A stretch of 64,000 bases of DNA, from positions 992,001 to 1,056,000 of the forward strand of contig CM068769.1 in NCBI GenBank assembly GCA_035084275.1. Direction: 5' to 3'. The position numbers were made by a program, and so were the translations under genes. The notes beneath the pieces were generated by a model. The model ran no database searches. It had not been told where the DNA came from and saw nothing but the letters and a program-made list of their open reading frames with translations. Origin of the DNA: Hydrolagus colliei. Taxonomy: Eukaryota. Positions 48,361 through 62,027 of this stretch are shown one piece after another (the first letter of the stretch is position 1; each line of letters begins with the position of its first letter).

Positions 48361-50439
48361 AGTGACTGAGTACAGTGTAGCTGTAGTGTGGAATTATATA
48401 TATTCTCTATTATCTTTGTCCCTTTGTTTGGCATCTGGATTGCATGTTTGCCTCTATACGTTGTAACTGCGAAACACTTTTCCAGGCTTGTTCAATCTGA
48501 ATGGTATCTACCAGTTTTAAGTTTTAATCAAATGGGTGACACCGCAGTGAATGATGAACTGACTCCAATTTCCTTTTATGTAGCAAAAGTTAATGAAGGG
48601 TGAACAAAAAGCTCATATATAATGCTAAATATACATTTCATTAAATTCATGCATACGAAAGGTTAATAAACGTCTCTGCAATGGGTTTGATTGTGCCGCG
48701 CGAGTGGCTTTGGTGTACGAATCGATAGGGTGCAGTTCACATCAGCTTATTCTGATTGAACAAAACAGACCATCACATCAATAACACACACTGTGAGAAA
48801 AACAATCATATTTCCGTTCAATGTAGCTTTGCAACTCATGTGTTCGTTCATCTTCCCTGATCCTTGAATCGAAAATTATACCAAGACGTTTTGACCCTAA
48901 ACGTAAAATCATTTAACTTTACAGTATTATCTGTAAAGCGCATTCAGACTTCTAGAAGATGTGCAAAGCGCGATAACAAATGCAAGGATTACTATTCTTA
49001 TTACTGTTTACTATCCAGTAACGTAGCACACGCTTATACATACTAAGGCTGCAAAACAATCATTGCTGATCGCCCAAGGATTCACCTGGTCAACAAAACA
49101 TTTTCTAATCAATATTGTCATTTGAAACATCAGCGAAGAATCATAAGGCTTTCTAGCGGAATTAACGCTGTATTTTCAGCAAGCGGTGTCCAATCTTTTG
49201 GCTGCTGTCGGACGGATTCCGTAATTGAGTAACATCGCATGAGCGAAAAGGTTTGTGTTCCCCTTCCACTAAGATAGGAGTTGAAAACAGCGTGTTTTCG
49301 CAAAGGAAGCATACCTTAGAATGCTCGTCTCTGCCTGCTCAGCACCTAAGCTGGAGATGGGATTTGTAAGATGTGGGGGAGGGAGGGACAAAGCTCATTG
49401 AAAGAGCAGTCAAGCGGTTATATCTCATTATATCTGATGAATGGTCACCGTCGTGAAACATTAACTCAGTAGGAGTGGAGTCCTGTAGCTCAGTGGTTAG
49501 AGCACTCGCCTTACATGTGTGAGCTAAGTACTCAAATCCAAGTGTTTCAGGGCAGAACATTTGGCAAGCTTTCTTAATCCACACGACGAATAATAGTTGC
49601 TTCATAACACCGCTCCGCTCAACAATTCTCTCTCCCTCTCCCAGTCTCGTTCTCTACTACCCCTGTCTCTCAGCTTCGGCGACAGACACTCCCTCTCATC
49701 CACATTCATTATCTCACAATCCCCCTGTCTTACCTCCCATTCAGAAACTCTCTTCTCTTAGCCTATCTTACTGTCACTCTCTTCCCCTTTCTCCAATTTT
49801 CTTTGTCTCCATCCCCTGTGTTCCCCGCTCACGCTCGCTCCCCACTCTCATAATCATTCTCTCAATCACTGGTCTCTACACTCTCCCCATCTCCCTGATA
49901 ATCTCATTTTATCGATCAATCAGTTTCAAACACTTTCCTACCCGATGGACTATGCAGTAATTTAAGCAAAAGCATTTCTGATTCAAACACTCACTCTCAT
50001 TCATTCTCGTTATCTTTTACCTTCTCTCTGAAACCCAGTCTCTCCTTCTCATGCAATTTCTCCCTCTCTCTCACTATCTCTCGCACATCCAATCTCATTC
50101 TCCCATTCAGTCTCCCCCACCCCCTTTCTCACTCTCGCATTCTCTCTTTCACACACACAAAACCACATACAGTCTCTGCCTCTTTCTTCCTCTTTCTGAA
50201 TCACTCACTCTCTCACTCACACACTCACGCACTCACGCACTCACTTAATCAGTTTATCTCTCACTGAAAGTTTCTCTCACTCATTCTCTCTTTCTCAAAC
50301 GGTCACCCGCAGTCTATGTGATACTCATTTTCTCAGTGACAGATGAAGTAAATTGTTGTCAGAGCGAAGAGCATTGACCAATGTGACGCCGGGAGAAGGA
50401 GAGATGAGTGAGAGCACCTCGTGGTCACCAGCCTCTGAG

Positions 50440-50560
50440 CTACAATCTGACCATGGCGTAGAATATACCAGGTTCCACGTTGGTGTCTCGGGCATTTTCA
50501 CTCCTGTTTCCTAACACCAGATTTGCGTAGGTGATATCAGCGTGATATCAATTAGCACAC
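50440..50560 (-). pseudogene. Terminal cytoplasmic exon of the Ig receptor with two ITIMs (ITYANL, IFYAMV), frameshifted by an 11-bp duplication
   Basis: CGGCAG acceptor. Removing one copy of the imperfect repeat at 50529-50550 gives VLIDITYANLVLGNRSENARDTNVEPGIFYAMVRL*. Confidence 0.8.
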
Positions 50561-51344
50561 CTGCCGAAGGACATTGGGAACCCCCCATTCCTCCCTCCAA
50601 TACCCTACCACCACCGCTGAGAGGAGCCAGACCATAGATCCTGTGTGTGTGTTTGGCTGCGTGAGTATTTCTCTCATTCATTCGTTCACTCATTCAGTCT
50701 CCACTTGTTGGGGTGAGAGTGTGCATTCGGATTGCAGCATCTACGTTTAGATCCCCACACTCCAGACCCCGTTTGGTTTTTCGCATACTTGCGTCTCTCA
50801 TGGAATTGATCAATTCACTACTCTTCTTCGACCAAATTCCTACCCATATCGTACCTGCCTTCTTGATCCCCAAACCACAACACATGGCTAAATTCCTGAC
50901 TTACTAGCGCTTTGGGATGTACATACACATATGCTGACATTTACAAACAGAAACATAGAAACACACAAAAATACACAGGCATTCAAATATACAACAACAA
51001 CAATAACAACATCTTAATCTTATAAAGCGCCTTTAACGTCTGGAGGTCACACATAAACACACACATGTACGTAGATATGAATACAAGTACACAGAGACAA
51101 ACACACAGATACTCAAAGGTACACAACCAGAGACAAATTGCCTACCTACGCAGTGCTACATCCGTCTGACACATAGCCTGGACAAAGTATTTTTCAGGCT
51201 TAGACAGGACGGCGCTCGTATGACACAGAAACTTATCTGGGCTAAGCCTGGCTGACACAGGGCGTGAGCTATACTGACAAGGGCTGAGCTGGCTTGATAC
51301 AGGACCTGATCCAGGCTAAAACAAATGCTCCTGTTACCACTCAC

Positions 51345-51385
51345 CTCTGGAGTCTCTGTTCGTGGAGCTGTTCTCACTGTAGCAT
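51345..51385 (-). CDS. Cytoplasmic exon of the Ig receptor (YATVRTAPRTETPE)
   Basis: TTGTTTCAG acceptor, GTGAGT donor, 41 nt. It joins the 19-nt exon at 53452-53470 to give ALYATV. Confidence 0.6.
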
Positions 51386-52389
51386 CTGAAACAATCGAAA
51401 ACGTGATTTATCCGCAGTAATGTTTCAGTAAATCTCAATGGTATTCATTAATAATATTGATGATACTAATAGATTCACCTTAGCATTATTAAAGAAAATA
51501 ACAATAATAATTAGGCGACAAAGAGTGATAGGATATTAATTCTTATATGTAGAATAAATCCTTATCATCTCCATCCCAATGTGCTTCAGATTAGCTGCGG
51601 TTTTATGTAGTGACTATGTCCTCCCGAAACAAAGGGCGCTCTAGAAATGCTTTGGTATTACAACTGTTGTTGTGGTTTATAAGCGAGGGCGACACAACAT
51701 CCAATTTGCTCACATTGGATTCCAACAGACACATACTTAGACCACGTACAGACACACAGGCAGCCACATACACACCCACAGCTTAACAAAGATAGAAAAA
51801 AATGGGACAGAAAGAGAGAGCGAGGCTAACAGAACAATAATATTAATCATCATCCTGGAATTTTATCAAGTGCACATCTTCAACATCAACATCTTGGCTT
51901 CAAAAAGCGCTTTACAGAATATATTGTGAATTTTGTGGGCGAAAAGCGGCAGCCAATTGCGCACATCAGTGTCCCACAATGAATTCACATGCCATCTCAT
52001 TTGGAATTTTTGGAGGACTTTTATGAGCAAGCTATGGATATATGTATCTGTCTGTGACCGGCTTCTTTCCTTCTAGGTTCAAACCCAGGACAACTCTCAC
52101 TCACATATAATGCCGCTGGCTTGTGCGCCGCCTCCCGCAGGTACGCTTCTGAAAAAGAAATCAGAGAGGAAAGCGGAATGAATTCACTGCTGTTTTATAC
52201 AAGAGGAAAACAGAGCTCAAATCTGGGCTTGTTTCGGCGCCAACAAAAAATATTGTCTGTCAACTGTGGAATAATGAACCTGACAGGATTTTTGCTAAAT
52301 GAGCAGCAGGTACATGAGGGACGGAATGATCTGTGCCTTACCAGTGAGGGGTGGGGGGGGGGGGTGGGTGTAGAGAGGGGGGTGTAGAA

Positions 52390-53035
52390 CCTAGATTCAC
52401 TAGTTTGGTACCTGGGATGGGAGGAGGAGCTATGTGAATAGGTTGAGCAATCTCGGCCAGTGTTTGGTGGAATATAGAAGAATCAGAGATGATCTTACAT
52501 CAACCTATCAGATTATTAAGGGGCACAACAGAGTAGATAGTGGGAGACAATTCCCCTGGTTGGAGAAAATATAAACAGGAAGACAATATTACAATTAATG
52601 GGTCAGCCATTTCGCACTGAGTTACGGGAAAACGTCTTCACTCAGATGGTCGCGAATTGATGGAACTCTCTTCCCTCAAATGGCTGTAGATGCTCAGTCC
52701 TTGAAAAGAATAGTCGGAGTCGGAGTAAGTGGAGGGAGAGTAGGAAAAGGGATAGAGTTAGTTGGATAACAGAAGGCACGGTCGAAGAGGAAGTTCTTGA
52801 GACCGGCCTTGAAAGAGGAAAGAGTGGAAGAGAGGCGAAGAGAATGCAGGATGGAATCCCACAGGGTGAGAGCATAGAGGATGGCCAACTCCACGACCAC
52901 CGATTGTGATGCGGTTGGGGCGTTGGATGTGGAGTAGGCAATGCGTGCTGAGTGATAGGGAGACAGCAGTTAGGAGGGATAGGCGGGGGCAAGTCCTTGA
53001 ATGGCCAGCAAGGTGAGGATGAGGATTTTTAATTC
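52390..53035. mobile_element. Old CR1 3' fragment (+, ~52390-52700) abutting an L2 fragment (-, ~52705-53035)
   Basis: Degenerate CR1 C-terminus and UTR; L2-type LWDSI..LSSFKAGLKNFLFDRAF. Confidence 0.6.
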
Positions 53036-53451
53036 AACCACAGACGGACAATTGACCTCAAATTATGCATCTGGATAGCATCTCACAAGGTCATTGCGTA
53101 AAATGGGGAAAACTGTCGCTAAGGTTTATTTCTGCTTGCAAATTTAGGACCACAGTTAGGGCTTTGCCTTGCAAAATGAGCGGTAAAATACATTATACTC
53201 AGTGCCTGGCCTGCCCTTCTGATTCTTGACAGTGAGAGTTTGCGTGAACACTATGGAGACAGACCAAGGAATTGGTTCATAGAGATCTCCAGTTTGGAGC
53301 GGGAACAAAGGGAGATATGTTGGGGAGAGAGAGATATAGAGAATGAGCAAGTAATCAGATTAGAATAGAGAGCTTCAGTGAGGGAGCGAGCAACAAAACA
53401 GAAAGGTTGCGGATACAACACAGAATGGGGTAAGTGAAGCAATGTACTCAC

Positions 53452-53470
53452 ACAGTGCTTTACTGTTTGC
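53452..53470 (-). CDS. Small cytoplasmic exon (ANSKAL)
   Basis: TTTTGTATTTGCAG acceptor and GTGAGT donor. It is open only with phase-0 entry, so a further micro-exon is needed after the TM exon (candidate 53924-53934). Confidence 0.45.
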
Positions 53471-54304
53471 CTGCAAATACAAAATATAATATAGGTTAAA
53501 AATGATTAAGTACTTGTGTATTGTTGCAAGATAAGTAATGATAATCCTCCCGATTTTCTAGTGTCAAAACTCTTCACAAGCAATCGTTGTCAAAAACACT
53601 TTCCTTTAAACCCCACCCCCCACATCAATCAATCAATCCTTTTACCAGCTTGACAATCAAAAGAGCTAGATATGCATATCTGCAGCACAAAATGTTGGGT
53701 AATTGTTCTGAATTCAGTCGCATCTGTTTATCTAACAATATCAACAACAGAAATAACAAAATCGCTACATCAGTCGGAACCCAGTTCGTCGATTTGGGCG
53801 TGAATTTCCAACAGATGATAATTGTTCAAAAATTAACAATGATAATAACAATCATGTCACTTAATCCAAGGTTGTGGTTGAAAAACTGCTGTGCACAATC
53901 GGCAGCTGAGTGAAAAATGATACAGTCAGGTCACCTGAAAGTATATGCTCTGAACTTTTTTTGAGACGCCTAGAAGAGGTAGAGAGCACACGATCGAATG
54001 GAAGATTTATCACTATAATTAACATAACACTGATAATTATTACTAATGATGTTTTGTGATATTACGATGAATATTATTAGTGTCACTATTGTCATTTTTT
54101 AAAACCAATATTGTCGTTATTATCATTAGTATTGGTGTCCTTATTATTTCTTTGATATTTTTTATTGGATTGTTATCGCAGTTCTCAGTTAACCAACTAC
54201 AGAAATACACTGGATGGAAACAGACAGTGGTTGGCTCCAATTGTGCCTCTTTCTTTAGTTCCAACAATTCTACGCTACATTCAGTGACAATAAGGAACAC
54301 TCAC

Positions 54305-54403
54305 CTCTCTGATACACATAGCATCCAAGAATAATCATTATGATCACTATCGCAGTGAGAATCCCCACTGTTAGTCCTGCTGTAGTCCTCCATGTCCAAT
54401 TTG
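54305..54403 (-). CDS. Transmembrane exon of the Ig receptor (uncharged TM)
   Basis: CCCTCTCTAG acceptor, GTGAGT donor, 99 nt: NWTWRTTAGLTVGILTAIVIIMIILGCYVYQR. Confidence 0.85.
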
Positions 54404-54669
54404 CTAGAGAGGGAAATGCGCAAAGTGTTACTTGACGATTTGAAAAGCTAATGTCACAACACAAATAATAATTTTAAATATTTTAAAGAGGTACCATCTT
54501 CTCCTGACGTCTCAGGATGTGAAAGTGACTCAGGAATGTAAATGTGTGCTTTGCATTTCTCTGTTCCAATTGAAACAGTTGCATTCACCATCAGCCTGAC
54601 CTCATTAGCAACGCAACTTGGGTTAGCTTGATCAATAACAGTTGTTGTATAATAGCGCGATTTGCGGAA

Positions 54670-55110
54670 ACAAACTAATAGCGTTCGAGCGCTATCACGT
54701 CAGGAGTGCATACCAAGAAGCCGGACAGTCATTGTGTCAGACCCGAGCTGGGGATAGGTACGAATTAGTAGGTCCAGATGTGGCAATCGAAGATGAGGGT
54801 CTTGAGGGGCGAATTGAAAGAGGCCAGGAAGTGGACGAGGCGTTGGGATTGTGGGATGGAGTTCCAGAGATTGGGGCCAGAGCAGCTAACGGCTCGCCCG
54901 CCATTGGCGGAGCGGGTGGATCGCTGGACCTGGAGCAGGCGAGGGCCTTCTGAGAGGAGGGTGGCGAGCAGGTTGTTAAGGGTGTACAAGGTCAGGGATT
55001 TAGGATAGGGCTAGATTGTGGAGGGCTTTAAATATCAGGACCAGGATATTGAATTGGATCTTCTGAATGATGGGGATACAATGGAGTCGTGCGATTTTGG
55101 AGGAGAGTGT
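54670..55110 (-). mobile_element. L2 3' fragment
   Basis: GGRAVSCSGPNLWNSIP..LKTLIFD-type L2 C-terminus and tail. Confidence 0.65.
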
Positions 55111-55518
55111 GTCTCGAAGGTTGGAGCGTTAGAGGATACGGGCTCAGAGTTCTGGATCATCTCCAAACTTTAGACGGAGGTTTGGGGAAGGCCGCCAAGC
55201 AGGGCATTGGTATAGTGAAGACTGGATTGAACAACAACAGCAACTTGGATTTAGACAGCGCCCTCCACGCTGTGTGGCGTCTCCAAGTGCTTTAATGAAT
55301 TAATCAGGGCATGACAGAGGATTTTATCCCCCTTGGGAGTGAGTTAGTTGCGGAGTTAGACAATATTGCAGAGACAAATGTTTCATATGTTCATATGATC
55401 CACCGCTGTAAATGGTGGTTATAAGAGGAGCAGCTGCAAATTGTCTAAAGGGAAACATGCTATTGTGTGACAGTTTACATAACTCTTATCCAGTTTAGTG
55501 ATTTTACTCAACTCTTAT

Positions 55519-55802
55519 CCAGTACAGAGATTCCAACTGGATCACTCTCTGGTGATGTGATCTCCCGGCCGCCTATGTGTGTACTATATTTACACGAGTA
55601 ATTTCCTGCACTAATGTTCGATGAGGTGAATGTGGCCGAGTTGTTATTCTCTGGAGCTGGCTGTGATGTGACAAACTCGCCGTTTCTGTAGAAAGAGAAT
55701 GTGCTGCTAGGATAATTCCCAGAACAGGAGATCTCAGCGCTATCTCCTCTCACAATCTCAGGGGAACCATGTTTAGGGACACGTTGGGTTTCTGGAGCGG
55801 AT
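55519..55802 (-). pseudogene. Ig C2 domain exon F (membrane-proximal)
   Basis: DPLQKPNVSL..VRGDSAEISCSGNYPSSTFSFYRNG..AGNYSCKY..SPESDPVGISV. 284 nt (1-nt loss) and donor GT>AT. Confidence 0.9.
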
Positions 55803-56204
55803 CTGGAATAAAAACACAGTAACGTTCATCACACAAACACTCCCTCTGCGCCACACACCAGAGTAAAACTGCCCATATACTTGTATCACAGACTAGAGTG
55901 TAGGTGGGAAGATTGAATGGCAAACCTCAGCGAGATTTTCTTCACACAGAGAGAGGTGATGCGCTGGCTGGGAGATGGCTGATTAGGTGGGGCATCGAGA
56001 CAAAGGTAAAACACACAGATCCAGATTAGGCTAGGCGAAAGGGAAGACAGCCAGATTCTCTCTGTTGATCTACAGACATCTCTGTACAGAACAGGATACA
56101 ATCACGACCAGCGAATCCAACCGTGATTTCAGGAGCAATATCGTGGAACGAGATGTTGGGACTCGCTGGCTAACTCACAGCGTTGAATTAAACACTGCGA
56201 AGCC

Positions 56205-56440
56205 CCACCGCAAGCTCAGCCCCCACCCTAGGGTCTGCACCAACCCTAAGATCAGTTCCTGCAACCAGCTCAGCCCCACCCAAAGATCAGATCCGAAAAC
56301 CAGCTCAGCACTCAATCCCAATTCAGTCCAGCTCCCAGCTCAGCCCCAACAGCAACAGAGTACCCACAACCAGCTCTGCATCCATCCACAGTTTATACGA
56401 TCACCCAAGTTCAGCCTCCATCCCCAGCTCAGTACACCCT
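56205..56440. repeat. Degenerate CCAGCTCAGC-rich tandem repeat
   Basis: Repeated CCAGCTCAGC/CCAGCTC motifs at irregular spacing. Confidence 0.55.
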
Positions 56441-57659
56441 TTCTGAAGCTCGGTTTGAATCACCAGATCTTGTGTCACACGTGGGCTGTTACATGCGATG
56501 TACATCCCCGAGATAAATATGTACATTTTAGGTACAGTGCTGCGCAGAAATTCGATGTTAGATTCGCCAACATATTTTCTCTATTTTTCAGCTTTCTGAC
56601 GGAATCCCACTTCCATGCCTTTTTATGGGACACTGATGTGCGCAATTAGGCTGCTGAGTTTCTGCCACAAATATACATATCTCCTTCATCATGCTCCCCT
56701 GATCTTGTCCCCACCTGAATGTACAGCGCCATGGGAAGTCCTCTCGACTTCAAAGGCGCCATATAAATTTAAGTTTTGATTGATTGATCAATTCATTGAT
56801 AGGTGTTATTCTTTTGATACATAAGATAAATTTGCTTGCTTTACTTAATATAAAAGAGAATTGCTGTTGGTGCTTCAATATGTTGTTAATCGCGATTCCC
56901 AATCCCTTTATCTTTTCCATGTCTTTTTTTGTTCCAATCTGAATCGTTTCATATTTCTACATACAGAATCACAATTTGCAACCTTCACCATCATCAAAGT
57001 CGGCCTTTCAGCCATTTTGCCAGTTTTCTTTCTATCTGCATTCCAGAAACACCCTGATTGACCCACTCTTCCGTCGTTGAAGATCCCTCTCCTAAATGTC
57101 CCCATGTGCTGCACTGTTGGGTTTTCCTCTCTCTCGGATCCCACCACAGCTCGAGAGTCAAACTGGGACAATTCAACACATTTCGGCGCCGAATGTTCCT
57201 GCCTAATATCAGCTATTATTGAATGGCAATTCACCTTACCATTATTTGCTGGGCACTGCTGTTAATGCTTTTTAAATCGAAGTTGTTGTTGCTGCTGTGA
57301 GTCAATAGGATTCTGTGCTTGCTACGAAATAATAGGCTGCACTTCGAAAGGGTTTCAACCGTGATTCTGACATTACAATTAGTGGGATTATTGTACGAGA
57401 CAATTAAACGATTATCTTGCTTAGTCTAAACAAACATTCCTGTTCTCTTTATCGCAAGCCCTTGACTGGCAAGTCAGAAGAATAAAATTCAATTGCCAGT
57501 TAAGGATAAACCATATGAGGTTACCTAACTCAAAACACAGGCATATTTTTACTCAGCAACAAGTGGGAGACTGGTTGTTCGTCGAAAGGCGTTTCACCTA
57601 CAAAATACAGTCAACCCATTTTAAAATGCTGTCCGGGTCGCACTTTTATCTTAACTTAT

Positions 57660-58320
57660 CTTGCCGCAATTATCTTACCACCCACGCTGTCGAAACACTC
57701 GTGCACGCGTACATCACCTCAAGGCTGGACTATGGAATCTCTCTCCTCGTCGCCCTCCCCAGTTCCTCCATTCACAGGCTGCAGGTCACCCAAACCTCTA
57801 CAGCCCGTGTATTATCTCGCAACCGCCTCCGCGACCATATAACCCCCACCCTCGCCTGTCTCCACTGGCTCTCCATCCTCCAGAGGATCGAGTTCAAGAT
57901 CCTCGTCCTCACCTTCAAGGCCTTACATGGCGTTGCCCTGCCCTACTTAACCAATCTACTCTCCCCCTACAAGCCCACCGGAACCTCCGTTCAGCAGGAT
58001 TTGGCCTGCTCCAAGGCCCTCGCCCGAACCGCCCAAACACTGGAGGCCGGGCATTCAGTTTTTCTGCTCCGAACCTATGGAATTCCATCCCCCAATCCGT
58101 CCGTCTCGTTTCTTACCTTTCCTCGTTGAAGGCCGGTTTGAAGACTTTCCTCTTCGACCGTGCGATTTATTCCACCCCGAATTTTTCGACCTCCCCTAAG
58201 TGTTTCACCCCTTCCCGAACACTCCCCTCCCAGTTTGGGTCACACGCCTCCTGTGCAGTGACTTGGGACGTCCTTCCGGCGTGAAAGGCGGTCTATAAGT
58301 GTAATTTGTAATTGTTTTTG
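57660..58320 (+). mobile_element. L2 LINE 3' fragment in a receptor intron
   Basis: AVETLVHAYITSRLDY..LHWL..QRIEFKIL..GGRAFSFSAPNLWNSIP; same family as 29715. Confidence 0.9.
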
Positions 58321-58451
58321 TTGTAGAAGTCTACCAATGAGCTATCAAAGGCAACTATTAAACTTATAGATCGACTATAACAGTTCAATGGAAAAACAAC
58401 TTATTTTGTGAGACACTGCAAATCGGCGAGAATCCAGACTCCCGCTCTTAC

Positions 58452-58777
58452 CCCACTCAATCATTCCCACTAGTTTGCTCTCTGTTGAATTGATCTCTCG
58501 TCCGTCTATTTGTTTGGTATATTTACACCAGTATCTTCCCGTCATGATCATGAAAGGAGTAAAGGTTATTCTGTAACGATATTTCATTGTTCTAGAATCA
58601 TATTGTGTCGCTGTGTAACGAGATTGTGGACCCGTTTGTGATGCGATGAACTCGCCGTCTCTGTATAATGAGAATTTGCTGTCAATATAGTTCCCAGAGC
58701 AGGAGTCTCAGCACTTTCTCCTCTCATAATTGATAGGTAATCTGGCGTCAAGGCAATGGTGGGTCTCTCAGGTGAAT
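58452..58777 (-). pseudogene. Ig C2 domain exon E
   Basis: DSPERPTIALTP..MRGESAE[1-nt deletion]SCSGNY..LYRDGEF..TGRYWCKY..; intact splice sites and a ~14-codon internal expansion. Confidence 0.88.
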
Positions 58778-59260
58778 CTGAAATTCAATCACAGTGAATA
58801 TCGTCTCAAAAATGCTCGGTCTAATGTGTGCCTGACATTCAACATCAGGATCGAACTTAACTCTAGTAATTGCCTGTGACATTGTTTTTGTCTGTGATTT
58901 AAGGTGATGCAAACCTGTGTAGTGTTCTCAACCCCAAGAATCTCTTTGAATCTTCTCCCTGAAATCGATTGTATGTTTGGCTCCGTGTCTCACACTCTCT
59001 TCTCTAAGTTAAATTTGCTTTACTTCGCCAACCCCTGTAACTTCTAAATCAGTAGGTACCGGGTTGTAGGTCGATTGACCTTTACCTCGAAAGGTATGCA
59101 GTGAATGTACCGTATAATATGTTCTTTGGAGCCATTTGGGACGTCTCCGTTCATATGAAATGTAAGTATTATTATTGTCCGTCTGTAACTGGTCATAAAA
59201 TTCCAGGTTATTTTGTGACACTTTCTAGGTCGATCAGAGTATCCAAGCTCTTCCTCTTAC

Positions 59261-59440
59261 ATTGTACAGAGATTCTCACTCCTTCGCTCACTGGTGAGTA
59301 GAAATTTCGTCCTTCTATTTGTTTGCTATATTCACAGGTGTATTTTACTTATGCAATCTGGGTTTGTGTAAACGTTATTTGGCAATGATGGTTATTCACA
59401 CCAGGTTTCAGCAGCCCTTTATAGCTGTCTCTCTGAGACT
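59261..59440 (-). pseudogene. Ig C2 domain exon D (3' half only)
   Basis: RDSY..ITFTQTQIA*VKYTCEYSKQIEGRNFYSPVSEGVRISVQ with a GTAAGA donor. The downstream intron is homologous to that of exon B. Confidence 0.75.
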
Positions 59441-60183
59441 AGGTGATAGCTTGGCTTAGTGTTTTAAACTCTTTTCTACGAGTGTGAGGGTTCCTGGTAT
59501 ATGAGATGTTGAGATTTCCCTTCCCCGCCCTCTCCACTAAGTTCAATATCATCCCAAACCAGACAACCCACCATCACCGTTACATACACGACACTCCTTC
59601 ACTTCATCACACCACCATTTGCCCCTCACTCCCCATCATTGTTATCCGGCTTTCAACCACTCTGTCCATTCTGAATAGATCTGCAACCCGGGCACGGTCT
59701 GAGTCGCTCACACTCTCCCATCGTTCAATGTCTTTCTGAACCTCTACCGACTGTCTCGATACTGAACACATTCGTAGGAAGGGTCAAGTAGCTATTGTTC
59801 TTATGGAACACACTGTCGCATTTAATCGAAGAACAAAATTGAATTTTCCTCATTGTGAACCCTCGACTTCCAACCAGGTGTAAACAATTTGACCCTCCGT
59901 CTGAGTAGAAAGACTCTTCAGCTTCCCTGACTCTAACACCCCACACAGCCGTTTGTATAAGCAAGAACATGTCGGAATCCAGTCATTAGGCGAATGGCGT
60001 TTCACGACAAAATGAGCAATCAAAACTATTTACAATACTTTATCTACAACAATTGTGGACGTCTAACATTATGGTATCAAACGAAAGTATTACTTTTACT
60101 AGCTGCCTGTAACTGATCAGAAGATAAGCAGGTTATTGTATGAGTCGTTGCAGATTGGTGAGAGTCCACACTCTCACACATAC

Positions 60184-60458
60184 CCCACACAATGATTGCC
60201 ACTCGCTCACTCTCTGGTGACTTGAGGTCTCGCCCGTCTTTTGCTTTGGTATAATTACACCAGTAATAGCCTGTCATGATCACGAATGGTTCAAATATTG
60301 CACTCTAATAATATCGGAGGGTAGTTTGTGATTTGATCGTCACGGCGCCTCTGTATAACGAGAAATTGCTGCCACGATAGTTCCCAGAGCACGAGATCTC
60401 AGGAGCTTCCCCTCTCATAAACACCCGGTAATTTGGGTTCAGTGTCATGGTGGAGGAT
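60184..60458 (-). pseudogene. Ig C2 domain exon C
   Basis: ..MTLNPNYRVFMRGEAPEISCSGNY..YY*..TGYYWCNY..SPESERVAIIV; 275 nt (frameshift) plus an internal stop. Confidence 0.88.
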
Positions 60459-61358
60459 CTGGAAATAAAAAAACATTCAAACAAACGTGACAAACGCTCC
60501 CTCTAATCTGTGCACTACATTGAAAACCAGGATCGACAGTATCCCCAGTACCAGCTGTTAGATTGTGATTTAAGATGAGCAGATCCGTGTCTTGTTATCA
60601 ACTCCATGAATCTCTGAAACTTCTCTCTGCGATCGATTGGTTTTAGTCATTTTCACAACTCGCAAACGCCCCCACACCTAGCACAGCCTTGCCTCGTCTC
60701 GACAATATCTCCCACTGCTTCCCTTCATCCGCTACTCGGACCCCACGAAAAGGGTGGCAAGCCTGGAACTAAACACGTCCTCGTATTTCCCGATTTGAAA
60801 GGCAGTGTGTAACGGCAATTACTGTTGGATTTTAGACCATGTCACCAATGGGAAATTGGATTGTGTAAATTGGACATTATGTTTGCCATAAAATAACAGC
60901 GACTGCTCTTTCAATCCTTGAGATATTTTGTACACCTGCCGTCAAGGATTATTTCGTTTTTATAATTACTATTCTGTGAGGCTTCGTTCTAAAAATGTTG
61001 TGTTTCTTGATCGAAGCCAAAGTTGATGGGAATGTTGTTATCCGCGCCCAAAAGCAGTTGTGAGTGCGTGCATTTGATTTCTGGGTGGGAAGAAATATTT
61101 GGCAAATTCGCTGATTTCACCAACGTCTGTAACCTCGAAATGTGTAGGAACCGGGTTGTAAGTCGATCGGTCTTTCACACACAATATATGCAATCAATTT
61201 ACTATATAATATGTTCTGTATAGCCATTTGAAACATCTCCGGTTCTATCAAATGCAAGCAGTAATAGTATAATTGTCCTTCTGTAGCTGTTCACAAAAGT
61301 GGTGGTTCTTGTATGATATTTTAAATGTTAGTGAGAGTATCCAAGTTCTCGCTCATAC

Positions 61359-61643
61359 CCTGTACAGATATGTGCACTGATTTGCTCTGCTGCATGTCGA
61401 AATATCGTCCGGAAGAATTTTGGGAATACATACAGCTGTAAAATGCTGCTAGTATCTTCGCTAGCGTAAATGTTACAGTGGAAGAACTCTGTGTATCAGT
61501 TTTTAATGCGACAAAATAGCTATCTCTAAATAAAGAGAATTTGCTTCCTGGATGATCCGCAGAAAAATGGATCTCAGCGCCTTCTCCTCTCACAAACACA
61601 CCGGAGACTTGGTTCACTGTATTCGTGGGTTTCTCAAGTGGAT
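61359..61643 (-). CDS. Ig-like domain exon B (open, first Cys replaced by Phe)
   Basis: 285 nt, intact splice sites: DPLEKPTNTV..VRGEGAEIHFSADHPGSKFSLFRD..FYSCMY..VHISVQ. Confidence 0.85.
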
Positions 61644-61960
61644 CTGAAAATAAAATAGAGGAGAGATATCTAATCTGACCTAACCTGTGACAAATCTCCT
61701 GAAATTGCTTTTGGTTGAGGTGTAGACATAGGCAAACTCTAAACTTTACTTAACGTAGTTTATCAGCAGTTATTAGCAACGTTCTCCTTGAGATTGGTTA
61801 TCAGTCTGACACCATATCTCACTCTATCGTCTTTGTACAGCTGTCCTAAATATCCATTAACCAGATAGTTTGGAGATTTGGGCTGTCAGAATACAACTTT
61901 TCACGATCAAGATGCTAGTTCTCACCTTCTTTTCTTTCAACAGTATCTCCCTCAACTTAC

Positions 61961-62027
61961 CTATGTGGCATCCTGAAGCAGCAGACAGATAAACTACACA
62001 TACCCACAACACCAAAAAAAATGTCAT
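61961..62027 (-). CDS. Signal-peptide exon of the Ig receptor gene
   Basis: MTFFLVLWVCVVYLSAASGCHI-G with a GTAAGT donor, in phase with exon B. Confidence 0.8.

Noticed and set aside
48787-48806. CACTGTG next to AGAAAAACA
   Set aside because: There is no spacer and no gene segment, so it is not an RSS.
1466-49600. tRNA genes suggested by A/B-box sequences (e.g. 10403, 24284, 49474)
   Set aside because: They run into the SINE body and lack a cloverleaf 3' half, so they are SINE heads.
56908-57234. 108-aa minus-strand ORF between Ig exons E and F
   Set aside because: No Ig motif spacing and no convincing splice sites.
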